Shown: positions 11,609 through 23,389 of the stretch, piece after piece | Position numbering within the stretch: the first letter of the stretch is position 1 | Layout: each line of letters starts with the position of its first letter | DNA from: Octopus sinensis | Taxonomy: Eukaryota | Length of the DNA: 43,355 bases | Assembly: GCF_006345805.1 (NCBI RefSeq) | Contig: NW_021834930.1 | Span: 1-43,355, forward strand | Reading direction: 5' to 3' | Notes under the pieces: model-generated | What the model saw: the letters and a program-made list of their open reading frames with translations, nothing else | The model's database searches: none | Told to the model about the DNA's origin: nothing | Translations under genes and position numbers: made by a program

Positions 11609-11815
11609 ATGTTTGTGTGTCTGTGTTTGTACCTCCACCATCACTGAACAACCAATGCTGGTGTGTTTACGTTCCCGTAACGTAGCAGTTTGGCCAAAGA
11701 GACTGATAGAATAAGTACTAGGCTTACAAAGAATAAGTCCTGGGGTCAATTTGTTCGACTTAAGGCAGTGCTCCAGCATGGCCACAGTCAAATAACTGAA
11801 ACAAATAAAAGAATT
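11420..11815 (+). mobile_element. SINE family A
   Basis: Matches consensus. Confidence 0.9.
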
Positions 11816-12193
11816 AAAAAAAGAAAAAGAACCAATTGCTGAAAATATTTTTGGTTACATGTTATAATGAACAGACCTATATTCTATAGACATTCCTTAT
11901 ATATTGTATATTTTGTACTTGTTTCATATCTATTTGATATTCTATGTCTATTATTTATGATATTCTAAGTCTATTCTATGTCTATTTGATATCTCATGCC
12001 TATAAATTAGATAACAGGTTAAAACCACTTTAGTGTACCTGTCTTCAGATGATTCTTAATGAAAATCAGGTGTTTGGAAATATCCAAAAACAAAATCTTA
12101 AACAACTGATTCTATGATATCGGTTTATTTTGTCTAAAGCATTTTTTGGTTTTCTGGAACTTTTCTTGTGCCAGTATGATTTCTGCTTGAGCA

Positions 12194-12335
12194 GGTAAGT
12201 AGATTGCTTACCAACCACATGGTTCCGGGTTCAGTCGCACTGCGTGGCACCTTGGGCAAGTGTCTTCTACAATAGCCTCGGGCCGACCAAAGCCTTGTGA
12301 GTGGATTTGGTAGACGGAAACTGAAAGAAGCCTGT

Positions 12336-12396
<61 letters not shown>

Positions 12397-12612
12397 GTGT
12401 GTGTGTGTGTTTGCGTGTCTGTGTTTGTCCCCCAACATCGCTTGACAACCGATGCTGGTGTGTTTACATCCCCATAACTTAGTAGTTCGGCAAAAGCGAT
12501 GATAGAATAAGTACTAGGCTTACAAAGAATAAGTCCTGGGGTCGATCTGCTCAACTAAAGGAGGTACTCCAGCATGGCCACAGTCAAATAACTGAAACAA
12601 GTAAAAGAGTAA
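12194..12612 (+). mobile_element. SINE family A (5' end clipped)
   Basis: Matches consensus. Confidence 0.9.
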
Positions 12613-13151
12613 AGGAATTTGCTAAAATTAAAGAGGAATCACTATATATTTATTTAGTATCTTCATATTTTACACCCACCCTACTCACATACTTGCTCTC
12701 TCCTCATATTACTGCAAACCTAAAGGTAGTTCATTTGATTATATCACCTGGAGACCAAAGAACTCAATGTGAGTGGTAGATAACGCTGCGAGTAACTGTT
12801 AGCAGATACACACAGTGAAGATATACACCAAACAGGCTATCTCTACATGAGACACAGCTATGCAAGCTAAATGTCCCTTCGTTTTACAATAAAGTCATAA
12901 AAAGACAAAGTATTAGGCCACATATTTTGGAGAGATCCTGTGAAGGCAAGGGCAAAGAAAGTGGAATATGACTAAGGTTCGCTTTGGGCATTAACCCTTT
13001 CATTACCAACCTGGCTGAAACCAGCTCTGGTTCTGAATACAAATGTCTTGTTTTCAAAAGTTTTCAATTAAAATCTTCCACCAAACCTCAGTCACAATTT
13101 ATGTTCCTAACACTAGCTTAATGATAACTAAGTTATTTTACTAAATTCTTT

Positions 13152-13338
13152 TGTGTCTGGGGAGAGTCATTCTCTTTTAGTACCTTATTATTTAACACAC
13201 TCACTGGTAAAATTTCCACTTATTTCGTCTTTATATTTTCCTAAAATTTTCGTTGCATCTTGCAACCTTTTCAATAGTCTTGACTATTCAACACACGAAC
13301 TCATATAAAGAATCTTGCAAACCAAATCCAAAAACGAA
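13152..13338 (-). mobile_element. 187 bp insertion with 12-bp TSD (ACTAAATTCTTT) carrying an HHR-like motif
   Basis: TSD at 13140-13151 and 13339-13350; absent from the 34345 MITE copy. Confidence 0.8.
13240..13279 (-). ncRNA. Minimal type-I hammerhead-like motif, U3-A8 variant
   Basis: GACUA-UUGAAAA-G-GUUGCA[AGA]UGCAAC-GAAA-AUUU-UAGG: 6-bp stem II, 3-bp stem I. Confidence 0.5.
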
Positions 13339-13675
13339 ACTAAATTCTTTGTTATATTTAAAGTAATTGAAAGAAGCACAGAGCATCTCAAAATAAATAC
13401 AGTAGCAAAAGGGTTAAAAAGACAAAAGCAGAAGACGTCAACTCCCACAATGATTTAGTTTTCATCTGTGGTGAATGTACTTAGGATTGCCACTCTTGAA
13501 TAGACCCATACAATCATCACATATGATGCACCAGCCGAACAAGGGCTGAGAAAAATGAAGGGTGGGAGGGAAAAGAGATTGAGAAAGGAATAGGAGCCAA
13601 TGAAGAATTTTTGCTGTCTCCTAAGCCTCATGGATGCAGATGGTGATACATTGTAACAAGCACATGGCATATATA

Positions 13676-14082
13676 CTCTCTTTTACTCTTTTACTTGTTT
13701 CAGTCATTTTGACTGTGGCCATGCTGGAGCACCGCCTTTAGTCGAACAAATCGACCCCGGGACTTATTCTTTGTAAGCCCAGTACTTATTCTATCGGTCT
13801 CTTTTGCCGAACCGCTAAGTGACGGGGACGTAAACACACCAGCATCGGTTGTCAAGCAATGCTAGGGGGACAAACACAGACACACAAACACACACATACA
13901 TATATAAATACATATATATGACAGGTTTCTTTCAGTTTCCGTCTACCAAATCCACTCACAAGGCATTGGTCGGCCCGGGGCTATAGCAGAAGACACTTGC
14001 CCAAGATGCCACGCAGTGAGACTGAACCTGGAACCATGTGGCTGGTTAGCAAGCTACTTACCACACAGCCACTCCTGCGCCT
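13676..14082 (-). mobile_element. Full-length SINE family A
   Basis: Matches consensus. Confidence 0.9.
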
Positions 14083-14166
14083 ATACGGATGAGATAAAAA
14101 ACAAATCTTGTCATATAGCTGTAAGTTCTTTGATTGGAATGATGTTCAAGATGATGGTAATGGCAG

Positions 14167-14495
14167 TCATCATAATCATTGTTCGACCGTGGTCGAGACA
14201 ATGGAATTTACCATGCTACGCCAGACTTCACGGTCCATCATAGCATTATGGAAGTCCTGTTGCTGGATGCCTGTATCCCTGGAGATTACATCAGGGTAGG
14301 AGAGTGTGCGCCCTGGTATTGCGAGTAGATGGCTTCCAGAGGAGAAGAGTAGAAATTGCCTCGTTTTCAGCTCTACAACAATGTCCAGCAAACTGGACTC
14401 TCCTACCTTTCACAAGAGATAACACAGGTGGTAGTTTCCCATGTATTTGCATTTTGGTTGGATGACGCTTCCACGAGAGATTTTGAGCTCTCATA
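14167..14495 (-). mobile_element. RTE-clade LINE 3' fragment (one frameshift)
   Basis: MRAQNLSWKRHPTK..RRVQFAGHCCRAENE..LLLWKP / GRTLSYPDVISRDTG..AMMDREVWRSMV; (TGA)n-type tail. Confidence 0.85.
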
Positions 14496-14592
14496 ATGGC
14501 AGTGATGATAATGATGGTGATGGTTGTAATGGTATTACTTAGCCCCAACTCAAACTCAACTGAGCAGATCTAGAATATAAACTTTAGAATAG

Positions 14593-15054
14593 AGAGAAGA
14601 ACAAAGGATAAAGAAAAGAAGGGAAGGAGAAAGTTATGAAATGCCAAGCAAGGGAATAATTTGCTGATGAGGAAGTGATTTTGGAAATGTAAAGTAGGAG
14701 TGAAGGTGTTGATGTTGATGTTGGAAAAGTAAGAGGGTCCAGGGGTGACGGTGAGGGTGTTGAGGTTGTAAAAATAAGCTGGGTGATTGTGGGGAGTTTG
14801 AGGTGACAGTGGTTGGTGTGTGTAGGATGGTGTTTAAGAACAATGGGAGTCAAGCCTTCCCTTTTCTTCTACACATTTATACACATAATAATACTTAAGT
14901 GCATAACATACATGTGTGTAAATGGTTTGATACATAGACACACACACACATACGAGAAAGAAATAAACAGTCATTGTTTGATGTTCGGTTAATTAGCTGT
15001 ATATTGATGAAAAATTTAATGAACAGAAATGTTGTACAAGGTTTGTCTGTATCA
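14593..15054 (+). repeat. ~460 bp direct duplication of 20811-21266
   Basis: Near-identical sequence, including a (CA)n tract; one 6-bp GATGTT indel. Confidence 0.95.
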
Positions 15055-15171
15055 TCCCTTCTTTTTATAAATCAGGCAGAGACTACTACACTGTCTAATC
15101 CTTTTTTAATCCTTAAAAATTTTTTTTTGCAAGACTAGGGTCTTGAAGATTTGGCAGCTATTTCTAGTAAG

Positions 15172-15371
15172 TTAATCCTTCAGCCTTTAAACCAGTCATA
15201 TCTGGCCCAAATATTTATTTTCAAACTATCTAGATCTGGCCCCTCACACCTACCCTACAATGTCATTCTAAAACTCAACAATCACATCATCAAAGTCTTG
15301 AAGTTACAAGAGAATGCAAAATTAATTGAAAACTGTGAATATTTGATAACCTGAATGCTATAAAGGCTTAA
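15172..15371. mobile_element. Degenerate TTAA MITE (family of 18840-19069)
   Basis: TTAA ends; internal similarity (CAGATCTGG..CTCACACC.ACCCTACAAT). Confidence 0.65.
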
Positions 15372-16242
15372 ACAAAAACATTTAGAGACACTCCATTATG
15401 ATGGTGGTCATGTTATTGACAATAATTTAAAGTAGTGAGCTGGAACAATCCCCAGTTCACTTAGCCACATTTCTTCTGGCTTTACATTCTGTGATCAAAT
15501 CCCACCAAAGCTGACGTTGCCTTTCGTCCTTTCAGGGTCAATAGAATAGTACCAGTTGAAAACTGGGGTTGATGTCATCGAGTAGTCCCCTCCCACTGAA
15601 TTTCAGATCTTATGCCTATAACAGAAAAGATATCATTGGCAATGATGATGATGATGGTGGTGGTGGTGGTGGTGATTTACAGTAAAGGGTTAATCCTTCA
15701 GCTGTGTATTCCATATCCTGCTTCTACCTTGACACAGGCCACTGGAAAACTATACACTCTGTTTGTCTATAAACCATTACAGGCTATACAATAACAATCA
15801 AACAAACAAAAGACAAATATTGTCATTTGTTAAATAGTTTTTTTATTATTGTTATTATTATTTTGTTTCTATTGTTTGTTTTTGATGTTCTTCATGTTTA
15901 AAATCAAGGCAACATCTGTTGTTCTAAATTCCATTTGCTGTCACCCCAGCTTGTTAAATACACATAAACCAGAGGAAAAACTTGCATTTATATGCATACA
16001 TATAATTATATACGCATACACTCACCCAATCACATAGAAGGCAGAACGGATTACTTTTATGAAAAAGCAAAAAAAAAAAAAAAAAACTTGAATTTTTTGC
16101 TTTCACAACTTTGCTACTGCACTGTAGATATTCAATGTCAGTTCCATTCATTTAACTTTTGCAGTAGTGCATGGTTACCACAACCCGCTTATACAGACTG
16201 CAACTAGATTTAATAGCTATTCATATAAATACAGTTTTTATT

Positions 16243-17100
16243 CATGAGTGAGGGTAGGCATGAGGCTGAATTGGATGTTAGAATTACAGGTGCTGGTGCA
16301 GTAATGGTCCAGATACAGCATTCATTTCTCAAACAAAGAGTGGTTGGTAAAGAAGTCAGACCTGTTATCTTCAGTTTGGTTTCCATGTCTATTCTCACAC
16401 TCGCTCATTTCCTCTCCTCCCATCACTCTTGTTGTAACCAAAACCCCATCAGACTTCACACTGACTATATGCACAGACTTTCCTTTCCAGAACGTCATCT
16501 CCCTCATATCTCCTCCCAGTTCATGCCTTTCCCCCCACAGGCATCTGCTTACAGCAGCTGTGTAAGCAGAATGTTAATGACATCAAACTCAGAGAACTTG
16601 CAAGGACCTTAAGTACTGCCCCTTTCTACAGACCTAAAAAAGACAGGAAGAAAAACATGAACATCAGGTAATACTTGAAAGGGTGTGATCATGAATATTA
16701 GCAGGCAAAATGGGGTTCTGTCGAAAGATTTTTAGAGGAACATTGTTGAACAGGGTGCATAACTTGGAGATCAGGGAGTCTTTTCAGGTCAAACTGTTAC
16801 TCTCTACTCTGTTCTATAGTTCTAGTACTATAGACATGTGGTTAGAATGCTGCAGGAAAGATTGCAGGATAGATTTTTCAAGCTGGGCCACCCAACTGGA
16901 GACTTTGGGGTAGGCCACAAGTGAAATGGTTGGATAAAATTCATAGTCTCAGTTGGACACTCTTGGAAATCCAACAAGAAAGTTTAATCATAGTTACTTA
17001 TGATAGGACCCAATGGAGAAGTTGTCTAAGAACTTTACTCCTATGACTCTACCAGGAACAGTGGGAGGTGAAAATGGATTGATGGACATAATGGGCATTT
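16243..17100 (+). mobile_element. Old RTE (Expander-like) LINE fragment split by the insertion at 16395-16661
   Basis: SEGRHEAELDVRITGAGAVM..IFSLVSMSILT | VILERV*S*ILAGKMGFCRKIFRGTLLNRVHNLEIRESFQVKLLL..HVVRMLQERL follows the RTE post-RT motif order. Confidence 0.75.
16395..16661 (+). repeat. Direct copy of 6549-6819 (CR1-group LINE tail plus a few flanking bases)
   Basis: Shared sequence and shared lesions; ends TCAC and CATGAA. Confidence 0.9.
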
Positions 17101-17417
17101 GTAATTATGATTGATGAAATACTAGAAAAATAAACTTTGTGTTTATAAAAATAAACATTTACTTTCCTTTTGTATTACCATGAAAACAAAAAAAGGAAAG
17201 CTTAGTCAAATTTATTATAACTGCTATGTAAAATGCATTGAAAATATTCATAAATTCCAAGCAAAGCTAAACAAATTCAATTTTGGACTTTACTAGTGTA
17301 TTTTGTAAAATCACACCTGTTGTAAAGTTAACATTGTTGAAACCATATGATAATATTTTCCTTGAAAGAAAAATACATATTATACAAGAATAAATATTGT
17401 ATTGATTTTTTATCCAG

Positions 17418-17490
17418 ATAAACAACTACATGTTTAACGTTACAGAATTTTTCAAAACAATCACGGATTATCAAATGTGCCATCCATCCG
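17418..17490 (+). CDS. Candidate exon (INNYMFNVTEFFKTITDYQMCHPS, or from alternative acceptor 17446: IFQNNHGLSNVPSIR)
   Basis: tttttatccag| acceptor, CCG|gtaaca donor, unique sequence. Confidence 0.3.
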
Positions 17491-18009
17491 GTAACATATA
17501 CTAACAGACAACATATACAACATTCAATTTCTCACCTCATTATGTTTGTTTTTTCTGTATTATTGCAATACCTTTGAAGTATCTGAGAATAAATCATGTT
17601 TTATGAATGGCTTTGGCATAACATATCTGCAGTTAATATGAATCAATTATACCATACTTTATTTCTTTATTTTATTCATTTATTTTATTACTTAATGTGA
17701 TTTTCTTTTTGTCGTTGTTACCTGAATATTTCTATCAATTGTTTTCTGTTTCATTCCTCACATTTTGTACAAAGATTGGAGACATGAAACTCAGAGTCAG
17801 CGTCTGCTATCAAATATATTTTAACACTCTACAGGAAGTAGACTATTAAAATATTCAGCATCTCTGTGTCATCTCATTTACTCAAGTGTTTACACGTGTG
17901 TATGTATATGTACTTGTGTATGTGTGCATGTATATCTATGCATACATATTTATTTATTGTATCCATAGGTATGTTTGTTAGTTTTATTTGTATGCAGGTA
18001 TGGTGTGTG

Positions 18010-18043
<34 letters not shown>

Positions 18044-18177
18044 GTGACCGCGTGTGTACTGTTGGCGATTTTTTTCCTCCGTCTTCCCTTCCTTCCTGAG
18101 CATCCAATAATATTATATTTGTTCCACGTCCTTGCGTTGTTGTGTTTTCTCTTTGTGTTTTCATGTTTGGATTAACT

Positions 18178-18215
<38 letters not shown>

Positions 18216-18230
18216 ATATATATACATATA

Positions 18231-18776
18231 TATTGGGTTGTCTGGAAAGTTTGTGTTGATTTTTAAAGGAAAGAAAAAAGTCAATAAATACTTGCTATTA
18301 CATTTTTAATCAACCAAATATGAACCATTTTGTAGCACAATCCGTCTCCATCTTCCCAGAATTGAGGTAGTTTCATGACAAAGAATTCATCAAGGTATCT
18401 TTTTACGTCATCCAAGGAATTGAAATTTTTACCACTAAGACTATTCTGCAGAGACATGAATAAGTGGAAATCCAAAGGAGCAATATCTGGTGAATATGGA
18501 GGGTGGGGGTAACACATCCCTGCCGAGCTGCAGCAAGTTTTGTCTGGTTCCCAAAGCATCAAGTGCCGAAAATGAACTTTCTTATCTTCCATTTTAAAGG
18601 GTTACAGAATTAACACAGGTTATAGGAACATAAACCTTCTCCCACAAAAAGATAGCTTAAACTGTGCTCCAAATGGAGGTGTAGTCAAATCCTATTTTAT
18701 GGATTCAACCATGTTCTTAAATAAGTCGAAAGGTAAGCTACTATAAATCAGCATGAACTTTCTGGACAACCCAATA
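18231..18776 (-). mobile_element. Internally deleted mariner element in (TA)n
   Basis: TIRs TATTGGGTTGTCTGGAAAGTT / AACTTTCTGGACAACCCAATA; TA flanks. Confidence 0.92.
18281..18592 (-). pseudogene. Mariner transposase remnant (N-terminus joined to C-terminus), mellifera-like
   Basis: MEDKKVHFRHLMLWE joined to HPPYSPDIAPLDFHLFMSLQNSL (YSPDLAP motif). Confidence 0.9.
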
Positions 18777-18785
18777 TATATATAA

Positions 18786-19263
18786 TTGAAAGAATGAGTA
18801 GAGATGGCTCTTTTGAAGGTTTAATTTTTTTTCTTTATCTTAAACCCTTTAGCATTTAAACCGGCCATATCCGGCCAAAAGTATTCTGCCTGTTTTATGT
18901 TCAAACTGGCCAGATCTGGTCTCTCACACCAACCCTACAATATCGTTTTAAAAATTAACAGCTACCTCATCAAAATCTCATAGCTACAAGATAATGCATG
19001 ATTAGTTCAAGGCAATGTGGCTGAAAAAGCATTAACTTTGGAAGAATAATGTGAACACCAAAGGGTTAATAGTAATGTTTACAGTGAGTTACTCTGATAT
19101 GAATTTCAAAGCTTCACGTAGCCGTTTTCAAACTGAAAAATGTATGTTTTACTGGTACATGAAGCTTGAAACTCATCAGAGTAACTCACTGTAAACATTT
19201 TTATTATTAAGATTAAAATAAAAATTATCCCCTCAAAATACCCATCTCCAATCATTCTTCCAA
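18786..19263. mobile_element. Fold-back element between (TA) tracts, with a MITE nested in its left arm
   Basis: AATGTTTACAGTGAGTTACTCTGAT / ATCAGAGTAACTCACTGTAAACATT plus imperfect outer arms. Confidence 0.7.
18840..19069. mobile_element. piggyBac-type TTAA MITE
   Basis: TTAA(A)CCCTTT...AAAGGGTTAA. Confidence 0.8.
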
Positions 19264-19322
19264 ATATATATAATACTGTACCAAGAACTTTCTCTTTATT
19301 ATTCTACTATATGTATATATAT

Positions 19323-19727
19323 CGTCATCGTTTAGCGTCCGCTTTCCATGCTAGCATGGGTTGGACGGTTCAACTGGGGTCTGGGAAGCCAGAAGGCTGC
19401 ATCAAGCCCAGTCTGATCTGGCAGTGTTTCTACGGCTGGATGCCCTTCCTAACGCCAACCACTCCGTGAGTGTAGTGGGTGCTTTTTATGTGCCACCCGC
19501 ACAGGTGCCAGACGGAGCTGGCAAACGGCCACGAACGGATGGTGCTTTTACGTGCCACCGGCACGGGGGCCAGGCGAAGCTGGCAACGGACACGAACAGA
19601 TGGTGCTTTTACATGCCACCGGCACGGGGGCCAGGCAAGGCTGGCAACGGACACGAACGGATGGTGCTTTTACGTGCCACCGGCACGGGGCCCAGGCGAG
19701 GCTGGCAACAGACATGAGCGGATGGTG
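19323..19727 (-). mobile_element. Family C (RTE 3'UTR fragment) with four ~61 bp tandem units
   Basis: TGCCACC at 19491, 19553, 19614, 19675; homologous to the 9460 element. Confidence 0.8.
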
Positions 19728-20096
19728 TATATATATATGTATATATATTTATTTATTTATTTATATGATGGACTTTCCTGTCGAAGATGACATAAGTGTT
19801 CAGTTTTTTCCGAACGACCTGCACAAATGATTTGTTTATAAGAATAAAATGTTCATGCCACACATTAGCTCAATCTCCCACCCGCCATCAAATCAACGTT
19901 GTCTGAACTGGGGTACTGTGTGCCACAACGTCAGGTAACAAAGTGATCACAGAGCAACATGAGGTGAAGTGTTCTGCTCAAAAACACAACACACCACCCT
20001 GCCCAGGAATTGAAATCACGATCGCTAGATCGTGAGTGCAACACTCCAACCAGTAGGCCATGCGCCTTAACTATATATATATATATATGTGTGTGG

Positions 20097-20373
20097 TGGC
20101 CGTTGCCAGCCTCGCCTGGCCCCCGTGCCGGTGGCACATAAAAAGCACCATCCATCTGTGGCCGTTTGCCAGCTCCGTCTGGCACCTGTACGGGTGGCAC
20201 GTAAAAAGCCACCCACTACACTCACAGAGTGGTTGGCGCTAGGAAGGGCATCCAGCCGTAGAAACACTGCCAGATCAGACTGGGCCTGATGCAGCCTTCC
20301 GGCTTCACAGACCCCAGTTGAACCGTCCAACCCATGCTAGCATGGAAAGCGGACGCTAAATGATGATGATGAT
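20097..20373 (+). mobile_element. Family C copy, inverted relative to 19323-19727
   Basis: Reverse-complement match; (ATG)n tail. Confidence 0.85.
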
Positions 20374-20810
20374 GTATGTGTGTCTGTGTAACTGAACAAA
20401 AGTATAGACAGGCAGACAGGCAGACAACAGGTATTGAGTCAGATAACGACATTTCAATACTAGTACAACGTATTGAGAAAACCAAATGCATAAAGAAGCA
20501 TATATGCAGCAGGAGGTCAGTAAAAGTCTCGACTGTGAAAGGTTCTTAATAGCTGCAATGGGTGAATACACACGATTTTGTCTTTGCATTGATATTCGGC
20601 AGTTATTGATAATTCTTCCATAATTCATTAAGCAGATGGTCGTTAGGAATAAAACTGACAGACTGCTCTCTCCCAGCTCACTCTGTCTCTGTCTTTCCTA
20701 ATTAAAAATAATTATCGTTAACTATATTCCTTTATGTAATATTCTACTATATACGTTTTTGATGTCCTAATTGAATTTGAATTTAAAATAGGGCAGGCCG
20801 AGTGCCAGGT

Positions 20811-21266
20811 AGAGAAGAACAAAGGATGAAGAAAAGAAGGGAAGGAGAAAGTTATGAAATGCCAAGCAAGGGAACAATTTGCTGATGAGGAGGTGATTTT
20901 GGAAAAGTAAGGCAGGAGTGAAGGTGTTGATGTTGGAAAAGTAAGAGGGTCCAGGGGTGACGGTGAGGGTGTTGAGGTTGTAAAAATAAGGTGGGTGATA
21001 GTGGGGAGTTTGAGGTGACAGTGGTTGGTGTGTGTAGGATGATGTTTAAGAACTATGGGAGTCAAGCCTTCCCTTTTCTTCTACACATTTATACACATAA
21101 TAATACTTAAGTGCATAACATACATGTGTGTAAATGGTTTGATACACACACACACACACACATACGAGAAAGAAATAAACAGTCATTGTTTGATGTTCGG
21201 TTAATTAGCTGTATATTGATGAAAAATTTAATGAACAGAAATGTTGTACAAGGTTTGTCTGTATCA
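20811..21266 (+). repeat. Second copy of the 14593-15054 duplication
   Basis: Direct sequence identity. Confidence 0.95.
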
Positions 21267-21374
21267 ATAAGACGAGTAAGGAGCACTCTTACTTTCTCTG
21301 TTTCTGTTTTACTGATGCCAGCGTGACCCAGCTAGTTAAGTTCACTCTTAAGGAGAGAGAGAGAGAGAGAGAGG

Positions 21375-21717
21375 GGCAGGAGAGATATAAGGGGAAAGAA
21401 AATTAGAGAGAAAAGCAGAAAGAGAGAGAGAGGCAGGAGAGATATAAGGGGAAAGAAAAATAGAGAGAAAAGCAGAAAGAGAGAAAGAGGCAGGAGAGAT
21501 ATAAGGGGAAAGAAAAATAGAGAGAAAAGCAGAAAGAGAGAGAGAGGCAGGAGAGATATAAGGGGAAAGAAAAATAGAGAGAAAAGCAGAAAGAGAGAAA
21601 GAGGCAGGAGAGATATAAGGGGAAAGAAAAATAGAGAGAAAAGCAGAAAGAGAGAGAGAGGCAGGAGAGATATAAGGGGAAAGAAAAATAGAGAGAAAAG
21701 CAGAAAGAGAGAAAGAG
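21375..21717. repeat. 57-bp purine-rich minisatellite x6 (114-bp higher-order dimer x3)
   Basis: GGCAGG at 21375, 21432, 21489, 21546, 21603, 21660; alternate units end GAGAGAGAG vs GAGAAAGAG. Confidence 0.92.
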
Positions 21718-23116
21718 AGCGAGAGATAGAGAGAAAAACAAAGGGAAAGTGAGAAAGAAACATATGCACAAATAAAGAGGAAGAGAGTGGCGGGGTGGGT
21801 GGGGGTGGGGTTGAGAGAAACAGACAGACTGGGAAAGAGAGACAGATGCAAGCAGACAAGGCAGGAGAAACTTAGAGGTGAGAGAAATAAAGAGAGATAA
21901 ATGGAGAGGAAGAAGAAAAGAGAGTCGGAGAGACAGACTGGCCGAGGAAGAAAGACTGATAAATGGAGATTAATATTGATACAAAATGCTTGCAATTTGT
22001 GTGAAATAGTTCAGAAGTATAACAGAACTGTGTGTATATGGGTGTATATTTTGGGAGAATATACATGAAGTGTTAAGACCGATCTTTCTGGAGGTGTAAA
22101 GCACTCGTGGTGGCAATTTATATAAGCACCCATGCAGTATCATGTTAAAGCACCTGTGTGGTGCCGTGTAAAACCGCCTATGTGGTACCACATAAAAGCA
22201 CCCAGCGTGCCCTGTAAAGTGGTTGGCATCAGGAAGGGCATCCAGCCGTAGAAACCAAGCCAAATCAGATGGGGTCTGGTGCACTCCCTCCCACTCACCC
22301 AGCATGCCAGCCCTGGTCACACCATCCAGCCCTTGTCAGCATGGACAACAGATGTTAAATGATGATGAAGATGGCGATGATAATGATAATGATGTTCCGG
22401 TGTATGCTTACTCGTTTTGCATGTGTATGTGTGTGTGTGGGGGGGAGGAATGTGTGTGTATGTGTGTGTGTGAGAAAGACTGAGTGAGAGAGAAGGTATG
22501 TTTGTGTGTATCTATCACTATGTTTATGATGGTTGGTGTCATTTACTTAATCATCAATTCATGTATGTTCTAGTATGGTAAAAGATAAACTTCATGGATG
22601 AGACCAGAATAAAGCTAAAACATAACCAGAGTTGTCTTCCTACTTGCTAGAGAAAAAAAAAGGACATCAGATATTGACTAAATTTGGCTAGGTTGCAAGC
22701 ATTCTCTGGGTTGTAAAAAATAGTGGTGCATTCATCCCTAAAATAAGTCTGTAAGAGGATTCCCAAAAATATTGCTGTTTACTTGAGAGAAGAGCTGAAT
22801 GTTTTCACATTGTTGGCAATCTTCAGAACAAAGGTTTTCAAATAAACAAAATAACTGTAGATTTATGTACATTGTACTTATATGATAATAATGATAATAT
22901 GCTGTATATATTATCATCATCAGCAGCAGCAGCATCTTCTGTTCATTTTCCAAGCAGACATGGGTAGGATGGTTTAATAGGATTCAATGTGCCAGAGAAT
23001 CATATCTCATTTTTGACATTATTTCTATGGCTTGATGCTTTTCTTAAACACCAAAAACTGTAGTGTGTGTGTGTATGCAGACACACACACACACACTCAT
23101 ACACACTTATATATAT

Positions 23117-23357
23117 ATTCTTTTCCTTGTTTCAGTCATTTGACTGCGGCCAAGCTTGAGCACCGCCTTTAGTCAAGCAAATCGACCCCAGGACTTATTC
23201 TTTATAAGCCTATTCTACCAGTCTCTTTTGCCAAACCGCTAAGTTATGGAGACATAAACACATCAGCATCGGTTGTCAAGGGATGCTGGGGGGACAAACA
23301 CATACATACATACATACATTATATATATATATATATATATATATTATTATATATATA

Positions 23358-23389
<32 letters not shown>

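Larger units (their letters stand above)
12991..13417. mobile_element. piggyBac-type MITE (TTAA-CCC...GGG-TTAA) carrying an internal insertion
   Basis: TTAA TSDs, CCCTTT/AAAGGG termini; uninterrupted inverted copy at 34345-34572. Confidence 0.85.

Noticed and set aside
19140-19200. Hammerhead in the fold-back arm (CTGATGAG on minus; GAAACTCATC on plus)
   Set aside because: Core and GAAA cannot be placed on the same strand with a stem II
19480-19727. Regular ~61 bp repeats resembling a CRISPR array
   Set aside because: Whole units are homologous (no unique spacers), the context is eukaryotic LINE UTR, and there are no cas genes
21332-21995. Long repetitive ORFs on the minus strand
   Set aside because: Translation of the 57-bp minisatellite; open in all frames due to base composition
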